NCBI GenBank assembly: GCA_963794325.1
Contig: CAWCDG010000009.1
Location: forward strand, 114,076 to 178,075
Source of the DNA: an uncultured delta proteobacterium
GTDB taxonomy: Bacteria > Desulfobacterota > Binatia > Binatales > Binataceae
DNA length: 64,000 bases
Direction of reading: 5' to 3'
Part shown: piece after piece, positions 1 to 10,245 of the stretch
Layout of the letters: each line of letters starts with the position of its first letter
Position numbering within the stretch: the stretch's first letter is position 1
Notes under the pieces: model-generated
What the model was told of the DNA's origin: nothing
Seen by the model: the letters and a program-made list of their open reading frames with translations, nothing else
Database searches by the model: none
Made by a program: the position numbers and the translations under genes

Positions 1-202
1 GCATCGATCAGAAGATATTGCTCCACGCACGAGCACAAAGGCTTCGAAGCGCTGAAACGAAACTACCCACAGGTCCTACCGCTCGATCACCGCCTCTCAA
101 GCTCGATACGCACCTTCAAGCCACGATAACCGAAGCAGCCGTTCGTTCAGACCCGGTCCTCGGATAGCTGGTGACAGCTAGTTTTTGAGCCCTTGACTTT
201 CA

Positions 203-604
203 GTGAGCAAGGCGGTCTCTCTTAGACTCATCGAGCAGGAGGCATCGACCATGCTGAAATCTTGCAAATCTCGAAATGCTCGAAAAAGTACAGATCTTCC
301 GCAAACTTTCGATTCGTGGTTCGATCAAAACGAACTTTTCGAAATCGATCGTTCCAACCTGGTCCTTCAACTCCGCACCATAAGGCGTGCAATCAACGAG
401 AGTGCGGAGGATATGGAGATGACGGCGGTCGAGAGGGTATTTGTTGACTCAGTCTCTCGAATCCTCGCCAGAACCGCGCGGAAGTTGTACCGGGTCTCAG
501 AGGATTTGCACGGTCTCCATGGGATAGTCCAGCGAGCGCGTCTTCCCAAAGAGCCTGAACAATCCAATTCAAGGCGGCTGCCGCGCAGGAAGAAACGAAA
601 CTGA
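203..604 (+). CDS. hypothetical protein
   Basis: 133-aa ORF, helical-looking, no recognised motif; the true start may be the ATG at 251. Confidence 0.4.
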   Translation: MSKAVSLRLIEQEASTMLKSCKSRNARKSTDLPQTFDSWFDQNELFEIDRSNLVLQLRTIRRAINESAEDMEMTAVERVFVDSVSRILARTARKLYRVSEDLHGLHGIVQRARLPKEPEQSNSRRLPRRKKRN

Positions 605-635
605 TCTACGTCAGATGCGCGCGCGCCAGTCGCGG

Positions 636-1094
636 TTATTGATTCGGCGATGCTCCAGTCACTTTCGTGTTCGGAGTGTTCACTTCGATACTATGCTGTT
701 GCCCGGGGACGTTGGTATGAATGTCGCCGCTGATAAGCGTCACGCGGCTTGGCACGGACTGCCCGTTCACCATGACGCTGTCCTCGATCTCGACGCTGGT
801 GTTGCCGGCGAGCGCCATCGAGCTGCCGTCGCCAAACCCAAGTGTCACAGCACCGTCCGGCTGCGTCGTCACCGTATCGTGAAGTTTGAGCGCGGTTCCT
901 TGCTGAGCGGGGAGCGTCGCGCCGCCGCGTCCGATTTGCGCGCCGCCGCTGACCTGCGTAACCGCGCCGACGCTGTCATCGGCCCGCACCGTCGAGCTCG
1001 CGCTGAGCATACCGAGCATTGCGGCCACCGCTATGAATGTGACTGATCGGTGGATGATCCTTCGCGCACAGATTCCGGATTCGATTTTTTTCAT
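636..1094 (-). CDS. FecR-domain secreted protein
   Basis: Signal peptide followed by VGAVTQVSG...LKLHDTVTTQPDGAVTLGFGDGSSMALAGNTSVEI, a typical FecR-domain pattern; start taken at ATG 1094. Confidence 0.7.
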   Translation of the reverse strand: MKKIESGICARRIIHRSVTFIAVAAMLGMLSASSTVRADDSVGAVTQVSGGAQIGRGGATLPAQQGTALKLHDTVTTQPDGAVTLGFGDGSSMALAGNTSVEIEDSVMVNGQSVPSRVTLISGDIHTNVPGQQHSIEVNTPNTKVTGASPNQ

Positions 1095-1254
1095 ATGAAT
1101 TCCTGCGTCCTGCTGTCTCGTTAAACTCTCACGCACGATACCATAGCATCGCTAAGCCCTTGCAGCTACGAAGCCAAAGGGCAAATGCTCCGGTCGCGCG
1201 TTGAAACCAATCTCGGGGGGAAATACCCTCATAGCCGGGTATCGAAACCAAGGT

Positions 1255-1488
1255 ATGACGGGAATCGGCAAATCTGTTCTCGCAGCCGCGATGCTTGTTT
1301 GCGCGATCTCGGTCACTGGATGCGTGCAGACGCAGGAGATCGATCAGACGATGCCGCCGTACGCATCGATCTCCGACGAAGGTCGCGATCCGCCGAAGCC
1401 TCCACCACCGTCCGATGATTCCGGCGGATTCATGAGCGCGCTCGGGTCCGTACTTATGTTTCCCGTTCGTATGATTGAGGCGTTCTGA
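1255..1488 (+). CDS. small lipoprotein, hypothetical
   Basis: Hydrophobic leader ending in lipobox-like VTGC, Pro-rich linker. Confidence 0.55.
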   Translation: MTGIGKSVLAAAMLVCAISVTGCVQTQEIDQTMPPYASISDEGRDPPKPPPPSDDSGGFMSALGSVLMFPVRMIEAF

Positions 1489-1519
1489 ATCAATTCAAAT
1501 AGTCTCTCGCGGTCCCGCT

Positions 1520-2086
1520 GTGAGCACTCGAACCTTCACGAATCTCGAAACCCCACGCCTGATTCTGAGGCGCTTTCGCGGTTCGGACCTCGCGAGTTTC
1601 ATGGCCTATCGAAACGATCGCGAAGTCGCACGCTACCAGTCGTGGGAATCGATTTCCCATGCTGAAGCGGCGAAATTCATCGCGCAGCAGGGACGCCACC
1701 GCCCCGGGATTCCCGGCAAGTGGTTTCAATTCGCGGCGGAAATCAAAGCGGGCGGCGAACTGGCCGGCGATTGCGCACTGCTGGTTATCAGGACGACGCC
1801 GCGAATCGGTGAGATCGGCTACACCTTCGCGCGCGCATACCAGCACAGCGGACTCGCGACTGAGGCTGCGCGAGCGGTGATAGATTTCGCCTTCGATGTG
1901 CTCGAGCTCAACCGCGTAATCGCCACCACCGATTGCCGCAATGCTCCGTCGGTCGCGCTGATGGAGCGGCTCGGAATGAAAAGGGCAGGGCACTTCCTCC
2001 ACAACGCCTGGTTCAAGGGCGAATGGTGCGACGAGTACCAGTATGCGGCGATCCGCGACGAATGGTCGCGCGACTGCCTTTCTTGA
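1520..2086 (+). CDS. GNAT family N-acetyltransferase (RimJ/RimL type)
   Basis: LETPRLILRRF, EIGYTF...GLATEAA, NAPSVALMERLGM motifs. Confidence 0.9.
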   Translation: MSTRTFTNLETPRLILRRFRGSDLASFMAYRNDREVARYQSWESISHAEAAKFIAQQGRHRPGIPGKWFQFAAEIKAGGELAGDCALLVIRTTPRIGEIGYTFARAYQHSGLATEAARAVIDFAFDVLELNRVIATTDCRNAPSVALMERLGMKRAGHFLHNAWFKGEWCDEYQYAAIRDEWSRDCLS

Positions 2087-2127
2087 CAATCTCGCCCGAC
2101 GCGTCATTGATACGGCAAGTCCGCCTT

Positions 2128-2288
2128 CTAACAGGCTGTTGAAAAAGTAATTTTCAACCCCTGTTCCCTCTCTCTTGTCTCCCCCAGAGGGGGAGAGGTT
2201 ATAGGTAGGAGGACAGTTTTTACGCAGGGTGTTGAAAAGCTTGAAATCGAAAATGACGATTGGTCCCAGTTTTTCAACACCCCGCCAG
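2128..2288. repeat. intergenic mosaic of IS-end-like inverted repeats around a REP-like hairpin
   Basis: aacaggctgttgaaaa (2130)/ttttcaacccctgtt (2151); tctccccc-aga-gggggaga-ggttatagg (~2178-2205); gggtgttgaaaa (2227)/ttttcaacaccc (2271). Confidence 0.6.
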
Positions 2289-2299
2289 GAGGATTCGCC

Positions 2300-3415
2300 A
2301 TGACCCGGATAATCGACGCCGACGGGCATATCGTCGAGCCGCGCGCGCTCTGGCAAGACTACGCCGAGCCGAAATTTCGCGATCGCATGATCCAGATTCG
2401 GCGCAATCGCGACGGTGGCGACGAGCTGTGGATCAACGACGAAAATCGCAGCCGCCCGTCGCTCCCGGTGGCGGCGTCGATGACTCCGGGCGGACTTTCC
2501 GATCTAGATCGCGCGCGCAAACTTACTTGGGACGACATCCTGCCCGGCGGCTACGATCCTCACGCCCGCATCAAGGTGATGGATGAAGAGGGCATCGACG
2601 TCGCCGTTCTTTACCCGTCGTTGTGGCTGCTCTACGGCGACCTGACCGATCCGCCGCTCGCGGCGGCCGCGTGTCGCGCTTATAACAACTGGCTCGCTGA
2701 TTTCTGCAAGCCATTTCCGAAACGGCTGTTCGGCGTCGCACCGATGCCGATCCAGGACGTCAACGAAGCGATCCGCGAGATGCGCCGCGTCGTGCGTGAA
2801 CTCGGCTTCAAAGCGGTCTTCGTCAGGCCCAATCCTTTCAATGGGCGCCGTCTCAACGACGCGGCCTACGATCCGTTCTGGCGCGAAGCGCAGGAGCTAG
2901 ACATTCCGGTCGCCGTTCACGGCAGCTTCGGTACCAAGATGCCCACGATGGGCGGCGATCGTTATCACGATCCGTTCTTCTTCCACATGGTCTGTCATCC
3001 GTTCGAGCAGCAAGCGGCCTGCATGGATATCGTGTGCGGCGGAGTGCTCGCGCGATTTCCAAAACTGACGGTCGGCTTCCTCGAGTCGGGAATAGGATGG
3101 CTCGGGTACTGGCTCGATCGGATGGACAGCCATTACGAGAAGATGGGCACCTACGTGCCGTGGCTGAAGCGCAAGCCGAGCGAGTACTTTGTCGAGCAAT
3201 GCTACATCTCGATGGATCCCGACGAGAGCACGCTGAAAGCGATGATCGATCTGGGCGTCGAGCGCAACGTGCTATGGGGCTCGGACTACCCGCACTTCGA
3301 CTGCACCTATCCGGGCGTGGTGCGCGAGGTAACCCGCGTGCTGGAGAAACTGCCCGCGAGCGCCCGCGACAACATCCTGACGCAGAATGCGCTGCGGTTT
3401 TACCGGCTCAGCTAG
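2300..3415 (+). CDS. amidohydrolase family protein (amidohydro_2)
   Basis: IIDADGHIVEP, AYNNWLADFC, VAVHG, FLESGIGW, LWGSDYPHFD; RBS aggagg upstream. Confidence 0.9.
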   Translation: MTRIIDADGHIVEPRALWQDYAEPKFRDRMIQIRRNRDGGDELWINDENRSRPSLPVAASMTPGGLSDLDRARKLTWDDILPGGYDPHARIKVMDEEGIDVAVLYPSLWLLYGDLTDPPLAAAACRAYNNWLADFCKPFPKRLFGVAPMPIQDVNEAIREMRRVVRELGFKAVFVRPNPFNGRRLNDAAYDPFWREAQELDIPVAVHGSFGTKMPTMGGDRYHDPFFFHMVCHPFEQQAACMDIVCGGVLARFPKLTVGFLESGIGWLGYWLDRMDSHYEKMGTYVPWLKRKPSEYFVEQCYISMDPDESTLKAMIDLGVERNVLWGSDYPHFDCTYPGVVREVTRVLEKLPASARDNILTQNALRFYRLS

Positions 3416-3425
3416 TCAGCCCGTA

Positions 3426-3470
3426 TTCCGGTCCCCTTCCAACTATGGGAAGGGGTTAGGGTGGTTAGGT
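3426..3470. repeat. REP-like palindrome, CCCCTTCC/GGAAGGGG-TTAGGG family (variant copy)
   Basis: ttccggtccccttccaactatgggaaggggttagggtggttaggt; overlaps the stop codon of the methyltransferase. Confidence 0.8.
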
Positions 3471-4202
3471 GGCGCGGGCATGTACGATCGCGCCGCCGAG
3501 GCCGCCTGCGGCGATTACGCCGTGCAGACCGGAATACATCGAAAAAACGAAGTTGTACCATTCAGCGCCGCCGATCTTTTCGATCTTGTCGCGCTTGAGC
3601 TGAATTCGTCGGACGAACTCCGCGTACCATCGCGCGTACTCGGCGTTTAGATCCTCGATATCGCCGGCCTGCCACCCGGCATCACGCAGCATCGCAGCAA
3701 TCTCCGACAATCGAATCGCATGCGGCATCATTGGGTTCGGCGTATCACCCGCCTTCGCGCCGACGGTGTAGTCGAAGATGACGAGCGCAGCACCGGGCGT
3801 CGCCACTTTGCGTAAGCCCGCCAGCGCCTCGGGTTGGCGATCGAACGCGTAGAACGCGTTGAGCATGTAGATGACGTCAAACTTTCGCGTGACGGTGCGC
3901 GGTACATCGAGCACGTCGCAAACGTGAAATTCAATTTCTGGATAGGTAGTGCGCGCGTACTCGATCGATTCGGCGTCGCGATCGATTCCTTCGACATTCC
4001 CCCATCCATGCCGCCGCAAATATTCCGCGCTGCCGCCACGCCCGCATCCGACGTCGAGCAACCAACTGTCGCCGTTTTTCGGAATCGAACGAAACGAGCG
4101 CTCGATCGCTTCTTCCTCGCCGGCATGCGCGTAATCGCCCTCGCGAATCAGCGCGAGGATCCGCTTGCCTTCGAATGAGTTCATGTTCATCGGCGATGGC
4201 AT
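3465..4202 (-). CDS. class I SAM-dependent methyltransferase
   Basis: LLDVGCGRGG motif I, FDVIY, ATPGAALVIFD; start moved to ATG 4202 to avoid overlap with the divergent gene. Confidence 0.85.
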   Translation of the reverse strand: MPSPMNMNSFEGKRILALIREGDYAHAGEEEAIERSFRSIPKNGDSWLLDVGCGRGGSAEYLRRHGWGNVEGIDRDAESIEYARTTYPEIEFHVCDVLDVPRTVTRKFDVIYMLNAFYAFDRQPEALAGLRKVATPGAALVIFDYTVGAKAGDTPNPMMPHAIRLSEIAAMLRDAGWQAGDIEDLNAEYARWYAEFVRRIQLKRDKIEKIGGAEWYNFVFSMYSGLHGVIAAGGLGGAIVHARAT

Positions 4203-4317
4203 GGCGCTTGAGCCAGTATAGTACCTCAAAGGATTTTGCCCGAAGAGCGCCCAAATGATAGTCATGCGCGGCATGACGACGAATGCGGGGGCTCGCCGTC
4301 GGGGAGGGAAATTCACA

Positions 4318-5754
4318 ATGCCCGCAAGTCTCGGCCGTGCCCGAATCGTTGTTCCGATCGCGCTTCTGACTTTCACGCTGATGTTTGGCGGATCAGCGCT
4401 GGCCAAGCCAGCGACCTTCTGCGTCAACCCGGGCGGCACTGCTGGATGCTTCTCGAAGATCCAGGATGCGGTGAACGCAACGGGAAAATCCGGTTCCGTC
4501 GTCAACGTCGCTGTCGGAGCCTACTTCGACAATGTGACTGTTCCGAAAATCAAGCTGACCATAAACGCCGATCCCGACACGGCAATTTTTGGGAACACCA
4601 GTGATCCGATCCTCACGATTGCCGCCGGCGCGAAAGTAACCATCAACAATCTGCAATTCCAGGACACATTTACCAGCTCATCATGCATCGAGAGCCATGG
4701 CAGCCTGACGATGCACAACGTTGCAGTCTTTCTTTGCGCCGGAATGAGAGGCGCGGCGATCCACCAGATCGGCGGGAAGCTTACGATCACCGACAGCGAG
4801 ATCAACGGCAACGAGGCGACGGAAAACGGTGGATGTCTGGCGATGGAAGGCGGCAAACTGAATCTTCGGAATACCGACCTTACTAACTGCTTTGCAGGCG
4901 GAGACGGCGGCGCGCTCTGGCTGTCAAACACCAAGGCCAATATCGTCGGTCGCGCCGGCGAAGCTCACCAACCGTCGCTTAATATCATGAGCAACCAGGC
5001 GTCTGGTTCCGGCGGAGGTATCTTTGCCAGCGGCGGAAAAATCTCCATCGAAGCGACGATCCTGTCGGACAACTTTGCGACGGGTGGAGATGGCGGCGGA
5101 ATTGATTCGATCTCGTCCTTGACGATCACCAACAGTGTCATCGAGAACAACACCTCGCTCGACGACGGCGGCGGTATCCTGGCTCAGCCGACGGGCAAAC
5201 TCAGCGTGATCAACAGCTCGATCATCGGCAACAACTCTGACGAGAGCGACGGGGGCGGAATTGCGGCGGAGACGACGTTCAACCTGGTTAACGATACGCT
5301 GTTCGGTAACCGCAGCGCTCAAAATGGCGGGGCGATCCTCGCTCAAGCGAACGGTAAAATCGGCTCGCTGACGATCGACGGCAACCACTCAGTGCACGGT
5401 AACGGCGGCGGCATCGACATCGCCAGCGGCTCGGTGAAAATCTCGAACACGATCATGGCGCTGAATTCGGCGCCGATGGAATTCGCCCAGGACTGCGGTG
5501 GCAGCTTCGTGTCGCAGGGCTTCAACCTGATCTTTGACACGACAGGATGTACGGTTTCCGGGCAGACCGCGTCGAACATCACCGGCGAAGATCCCAATCT
5601 TGGCGCACCAGGGCCGTTCGACGTTAAGATCGTGCAGGAGCCGAATCAGGGGAGCCCGGTGCTCGGCGCCGGCGGGCATTGCCAGAAGACCGACGAGCGA
5701 TTGCACTCACGCCCGAAGACCCGATGCGACATCGGCGCCTTCGAATCGCCGTAA
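4318..5754 (+). CDS. secreted beta-helix repeat protein with choice-of-anchor Q-like C-terminus
   Basis: Signal peptide, repeated N-x-A-xx-GGG/GGAI motifs, C-terminal TDERLHSRP...CDIGAFE. Confidence 0.75.
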   Translation: MPASLGRARIVVPIALLTFTLMFGGSALAKPATFCVNPGGTAGCFSKIQDAVNATGKSGSVVNVAVGAYFDNVTVPKIKLTINADPDTAIFGNTSDPILTIAAGAKVTINNLQFQDTFTSSSCIESHGSLTMHNVAVFLCAGMRGAAIHQIGGKLTITDSEINGNEATENGGCLAMEGGKLNLRNTDLTNCFAGGDGGALWLSNTKANIVGRAGEAHQPSLNIMSNQASGSGGGIFASGGKISIEATILSDNFATGGDGGGIDSISSLTITNSVIENNTSLDDGGGILAQPTGKLSVINSSIIGNNSDESDGGGIAAETTFNLVNDTLFGNRSAQNGGAILAQANGKIGSLTIDGNHSVHGNGGGIDIASGSVKISNTIMALNSAPMEFAQDCGGSFVSQGFNLIFDTTGCTVSGQTASNITGEDPNLGAPGPFDVKIVQEPNQGSPVLGAGGHCQKTDERLHSRPKTRCDIGAFESP

Positions 5755-5868
5755 GTTCGCTAGCGATAAATATCACCCTCGCGACGCTTGCTTGCGCTAT
5801 GGCGGGAGCGACTCCATACTCCGGCGCGTAGTCGGTTCGCGGGGTAGCGAGTCGCGCGGGGAGATCAA

Positions 5869-7038
5869 ATGATTCGACAGATTGGGCTCCGGGTATTTGT
5901 GTGTCTGTTTTTCCTGATTGCAGCGGCTCCGGCTCGCGCGGGCGACGTTGCTGAGGCGCTGACCACCTTCGCGGCTGCCAAGGTCGTAATCGGACAAAAG
6001 GACTTCACCGGCGGCGATTGTAATCGAGTGACGGAGATTCCCGCCGCTAACACTCTTTGCGAGGGGGAAGGTGCTCCGGCGTTGGGCAAGAAACGACTTT
6101 ACATTCCCGACAGCGTTAACGAGCGCGTGTTGGGATTCAAGAAAATCCCGAAAAAGAATGGCGCATCCGCCAAGTTCGTGCTCGGTCAGACCAACTTCTC
6201 GAACATCAGTCCTGGGACGGACAGTAAGTCTTTCGATTATCCATCGCGACTTGCGATTGCGGGCAGTCAGCTATTCGTGGTGGATTTCAGCAACAACCGC
6301 GTGCTCATCTGGAACAAGCTGCCGACCAAGACCGACACGCCCGCGAATGTGGTAGTCGGCCAACCCGACTTTAACTCAAGTACAGGCGAGGTCACCCAAT
6401 CGGGGCTGCGCGGTCCGGACGCGGTGGCGGTCGCAGGTGGCAAGCTGTTCGTATCAGACCACGCGAACAATCGAGTCCTGATTTGGAATCCGATTCCTAC
6501 CGCCAATGGCGCGAATGCAAATGTCGTACTGGGCCAGGCCGATTTCACCAGTTCCGGCACCGCGACCAGTCAAACCGGGTTAGATGGGCCGGCCGGGCTA
6601 TGGAGCGACGGCACCCGGCTGGTGGTCGCGGATTTCTTTAACAACCGGGTACTGATTTGGAAAAGCATTCCGACCGCCAATGACGCGCCGGCCGATTTAG
6701 TCGTGGGACAACCGGATTTCAACTCCAGCAGCGTCTCGGGGATAACCGCGCAAAGCCTCGAGGAACCAGGCGACGTAACATCGGATGGCACCAGATTGTT
6801 GGTGGCGGATTCGAGAAACAATCGCGTACTGGTGTACGCACCTTTTCCCACTGCGAACGATCCAGCAGCCAGCATCGTGCTCGGTCAAGCCGATTTCACA
6901 CATGACCTGGCGAATGCGGGAAATGCAACGCCATCTGCGCAAACTCTCAACGATCCTTTCGGTGTATCTGTGATCGGCAAGCAACTGTTCGTCGACGACA
7001 ATGGCAACTCGCGGATCTTGATATTTAGCTTGCAGTAA
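5869..7038 (+). CDS. secreted NHL-repeat (beta-propeller) protein
   Basis: Signal peptide; about 6 repeats of LFVxDxxNNRVLIW...A.VVLGQ.DF. Confidence 0.85.
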   Translation: MIRQIGLRVFVCLFFLIAAAPARAGDVAEALTTFAAAKVVIGQKDFTGGDCNRVTEIPAANTLCEGEGAPALGKKRLYIPDSVNERVLGFKKIPKKNGASAKFVLGQTNFSNISPGTDSKSFDYPSRLAIAGSQLFVVDFSNNRVLIWNKLPTKTDTPANVVVGQPDFNSSTGEVTQSGLRGPDAVAVAGGKLFVSDHANNRVLIWNPIPTANGANANVVLGQADFTSSGTATSQTGLDGPAGLWSDGTRLVVADFFNNRVLIWKSIPTANDAPADLVVGQPDFNSSSVSGITAQSLEEPGDVTSDGTRLLVADSRNNRVLVYAPFPTANDPAASIVLGQADFTHDLANAGNATPSAQTLNDPFGVSVIGKQLFVDDNGNSRILIFSLQ

Positions 7039-7080
7039 GTGACAGCCGCCACGTCGCGTGTGTCCGGGGCGGCGACGATT

Positions 7081-10000
7081 CTACGAGGCGAGGCGGCCGT
7101 CTGCCGGTTCTGAAGTTTGCGGGGCCGCGATCTTTTTGGTCGCTGGCTGGATAGCCGGCACAACCTCGCGCCCTTCGCGCCACGCGTTGTAACGTTCCAG
7201 GAAAGCTTCCATGTAAGTGTAGAAGACCGGTGTTATGTAGAGGGTCAGGAACTGCGAGAAGAACAGACCTCCCACTACTGCCACGCCTAGCGGACGGCGC
7301 GACGATCCGCCGGCGCCCAGTCCTATGGCGATCGGCAAGGTTCCCATCAGCGCCGCCATCGTGGTCATCATGATCGGGCGGAAGCGGATGATGCAGCCCT
7401 CGAAGATCGCGTCGGCCGGCGATTTGCCTTCGGTGCGCTGAGCATCGAGCGCGAAGTCGATCATCATGATGGCGTTCTTCTTGACCAGACCCACCAGCAT
7501 GATCACGCCGACAAATGCGAACAGGTCGAGCTCCATCCCGAACAGCCACAGCGTCATCAACGCGCCGAAGCCCGCCGACGGCAGGCCGGAGAGAATCGTG
7601 ATCGGATGGATGAAACTTTCGTAGAGCACGCCCAGCACCAGGTAGATGACGAGGATCGTCATCATCAGCAACACGCCGAGTCCCGAGAGCGACGACTCGA
7701 ATGCCTGCGCAGTGCCCTGGAAGTCCGTCGTGATGCTATCGGGCAGCGTCGCCGCCGCAAGCTTGTTCACCTCGCCGAGCGCTTTGCCCAGTGAAACGCC
7801 GGGCGCGACGTCGAATGAAATCGTCGCCGACGGCAGTTGTCCCGAATGGTTAACCTGCAAGGGCCCCAGCGATCGCGTGAACTTGACCAGCGTGTCGAGC
7901 GGCACCAGCGCGCCGCTGGACGATCGCACGTACAGCAGCGACAGCGTGCCCGGCTCGGACTGGTACTGCGGCTCGACCTCCATGATGACCCAGTACTCGT
8001 CGTTGGGCGCGTAGATTGTCGAGATCTGGCGCGAGCCATAGGCATTGTAGAGCGCGTCCTCGATCGCTCCCGCGGAAATTCCCAGCGAGTGCGCCTTGTC
8101 GCGATCGATGTCGATACTCACCTGCGGATTTTCAACTTGCAGGTCGCTGTTGACGCCGCGCAAATCCGGCAGCTGGCGCAGTTTCGATTCGAGCAGCGGC
8201 GCGTACTTGTAGAGCGTCGCGGTGTTCTGACTCTGCAGCGTCATCTGGTACATGCTGCGCGTGAATTGCGCGCCAATCCGAATGGGCGGCGGATTCTGCA
8301 GAAACACGCGCAGCCCGGGCACGCTGTTCAGCACCGGCCGCCACTTCGTGATCAATTGATCGACGCTGAGCGCGCGCTCCGACGCCGGCTTCAGATGCAG
8401 AAAAATAATTCCCGAATTGGTTGCACCGCCCGGACCGCCCGATCCCACGCTGACGAAGTAGCTGCGAATGCTCGGGTCGTCCTTGATCAGGCTGGCGGCG
8501 GCGAGTTGATGCTCGACCATCGAGTCGTAGGAAATTCCCTGCGCCGCGAGCGTGAAGATGATCAACTGGTCGGCGTCTTCCGACGGCAGGAAGCCCTTGG
8601 GAATCGCGTAGAACATGTAGATCGTCGCTAGCAGCAGCGCGCCTGAAAAATACATCGTCGCGCGCCGATGACGCATCACCCACGACAGGCTGCGCTGATA
8701 ACCGTCGAGCATCCGATCGAACCAGCGCTCGGTGACTGCGTAAAGTTTTCCGTGACGCTCGCTGCCGGGCGGCCGCAAAAAGCGCGAGCAGAGCATCGGC
8801 GTCAACGTCAGCGACACGAAGCCCGACACCAGAATCGCCGCGCCAATCGTGACGGCGAACTCATGCAGCAGACGTCCGAGAATCCCGCCCATGAACAACA
8901 CCGGGATGAACACCGCCGCGAGCGAGAACGTCATCGACAGGATGGTGAAACCGATCTCGCTGGCGCCATCGAGCGACGCGGTCATCACGTCCTTGCCCAT
9001 CTCCATGTGGCGCACGATGTTCTCGAGCATGACGATCGCGTCATCGACCACGAAGCCGACTGCGAGCGTGATTGCCATCAGCGAGAGATTGTCGAGCGAG
9101 TAGTCGAGCGCCCACATGACGGCAAACGTGCCGATGATCGACATCGGCAGCGCCAGGCTCGGGATGATCGTCGCGGACAGGTTGCGCAGGAACAGGAAGA
9201 TCACCATCACGACCAGGAAGATGGTGAGCAGCAGCGTGTACTGGACGTCGTTGACCGACGCGCGAATCGTCTCGGCATGATCGCCGAGCGTGTTGATATG
9301 CAGCGAGGCGGGCACTTCCGCGCGGAAGGCGGGAATCAGGCGCAGCACATTGTCGACGACTTCGACCGTGTTGGTGCCCGGCTGACGTTGCACCGCGAGC
9401 ACTACGGCACGTTCGCCGTTCGACCATCCCGCGGTCTTGTCGTTCTGCACGCTGTCGAGCACGCGCCCGACATCCTCGAGCCGCACCGGCGAACCGTTTT
9501 GATACGCGACGATCAGCGATCGATACGCCGCGGCGTTGGTCAACTGACCCTTGGTGTCGACGGTGAACGCCTGGTGTTTGCCGTAGAGCGTGCCGGTCGG
9601 CATATCGACGTTGGCATTCTGGATTGCGGTAGAGACCTCGTCGATGCCGATACCGCGGGTCGCCAGCGCCTTGGGATCGAGCTGAATCCGCACCGCGTAC
9701 TTTTGCGATCCGTACACCTGCACCTGCGCGACGCCGGAGACCATCGAGATGCGCTCGGCCAGGTACGTCTCGGCATACTGATCGACCTGCGAAATCGGCA
9801 TCGTGTTCGAGCTGAGCCCGAGATACAGAATCGGCTGATCGGCGGGATTAACTTTGCGGTACGAAGGCGGACTCGGCATCCCCTGCGGCAGTTCGGCCTG
9901 CGTTTCGGCGATCGCGGCTTGCACGTCCTGCGCGCCGGCGTCGATATTCCGCGTGAGATTGAACTGCAGCGTGATGTTGGTCGAGCCCTGGATATTCGAC

Positions 10001-10245
10001 GAGGTCATCGAGTCCAGGCCGGCGATCGTCGAGAACTGTTTCTCGAGCGGTGTGGCGACCGACGAGGCCATCGTCTCGGGACTCGCGCCGGGCAGGCTTG
10101 CGCTCACGACGATCGTCGGGAAATCGACGTTGGGCAGATCGTTCACCGGCAGATATCGATACGCCATCAAGCCGAATAGCACGATCGCGAGCGAACTCAG
10201 CGTCGTCATCACCGGGCGGCGAATAAATCCTTCAGCGATATTCAT
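7081..10245 (-). CDS. RND efflux permease (HAE1, MdtB/MdtC-like)
   Basis: 1054 aa; FIRRPVMT, LPVNDLPNVDFPTI, GFVVDDAIVMLENI, RFRPIMMTTMAA. Confidence 0.95.
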   Translation of the reverse strand: MNIAEGFIRRPVMTTLSSLAIVLFGLMAYRYLPVNDLPNVDFPTIVVSASLPGASPETMASSVATPLEKQFSTIAGLDSMTSSNIQGSTNITLQFNLTRNIDAGAQDVQAAIAETQAELPQGMPSPPSYRKVNPADQPILYLGLSSNTMPISQVDQYAETYLAERISMVSGVAQVQVYGSQKYAVRIQLDPKALATRGIGIDEVSTAIQNANVDMPTGTLYGKHQAFTVDTKGQLTNAAAYRSLIVAYQNGSPVRLEDVGRVLDSVQNDKTAGWSNGERAVVLAVQRQPGTNTVEVVDNVLRLIPAFRAEVPASLHINTLGDHAETIRASVNDVQYTLLLTIFLVVMVIFLFLRNLSATIIPSLALPMSIIGTFAVMWALDYSLDNLSLMAITLAVGFVVDDAIVMLENIVRHMEMGKDVMTASLDGASEIGFTILSMTFSLAAVFIPVLFMGGILGRLLHEFAVTIGAAILVSGFVSLTLTPMLCSRFLRPPGSERHGKLYAVTERWFDRMLDGYQRSLSWVMRHRRATMYFSGALLLATIYMFYAIPKGFLPSEDADQLIIFTLAAQGISYDSMVEHQLAAASLIKDDPSIRSYFVSVGSGGPGGATNSGIIFLHLKPASERALSVDQLITKWRPVLNSVPGLRVFLQNPPPIRIGAQFTRSMYQMTLQSQNTATLYKYAPLLESKLRQLPDLRGVNSDLQVENPQVSIDIDRDKAHSLGISAGAIEDALYNAYGSRQISTIYAPNDEYWVIMEVEPQYQSEPGTLSLLYVRSSSGALVPLDTLVKFTRSLGPLQVNHSGQLPSATISFDVAPGVSLGKALGEVNKLAAATLPDSITTDFQGTAQAFESSLSGLGVLLMMTILVIYLVLGVLYESFIHPITILSGLPSAGFGALMTLWLFGMELDLFAFVGVIMLVGLVKKNAIMMIDFALDAQRTEGKSPADAIFEGCIIRFRPIMMTTMAALMGTLPIAIGLGAGGSSRRPLGVAVVGGLFFSQFLTLYITPVFYTYMEAFLERYNAWREGREVVPAIQPATKKIAAPQTSEPADGRLAS

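Noticed and set aside
1-129. 3' end of an upstream CDS (frame 1 open to TAA at 127-129)
   Set aside because: Too short to identify or support
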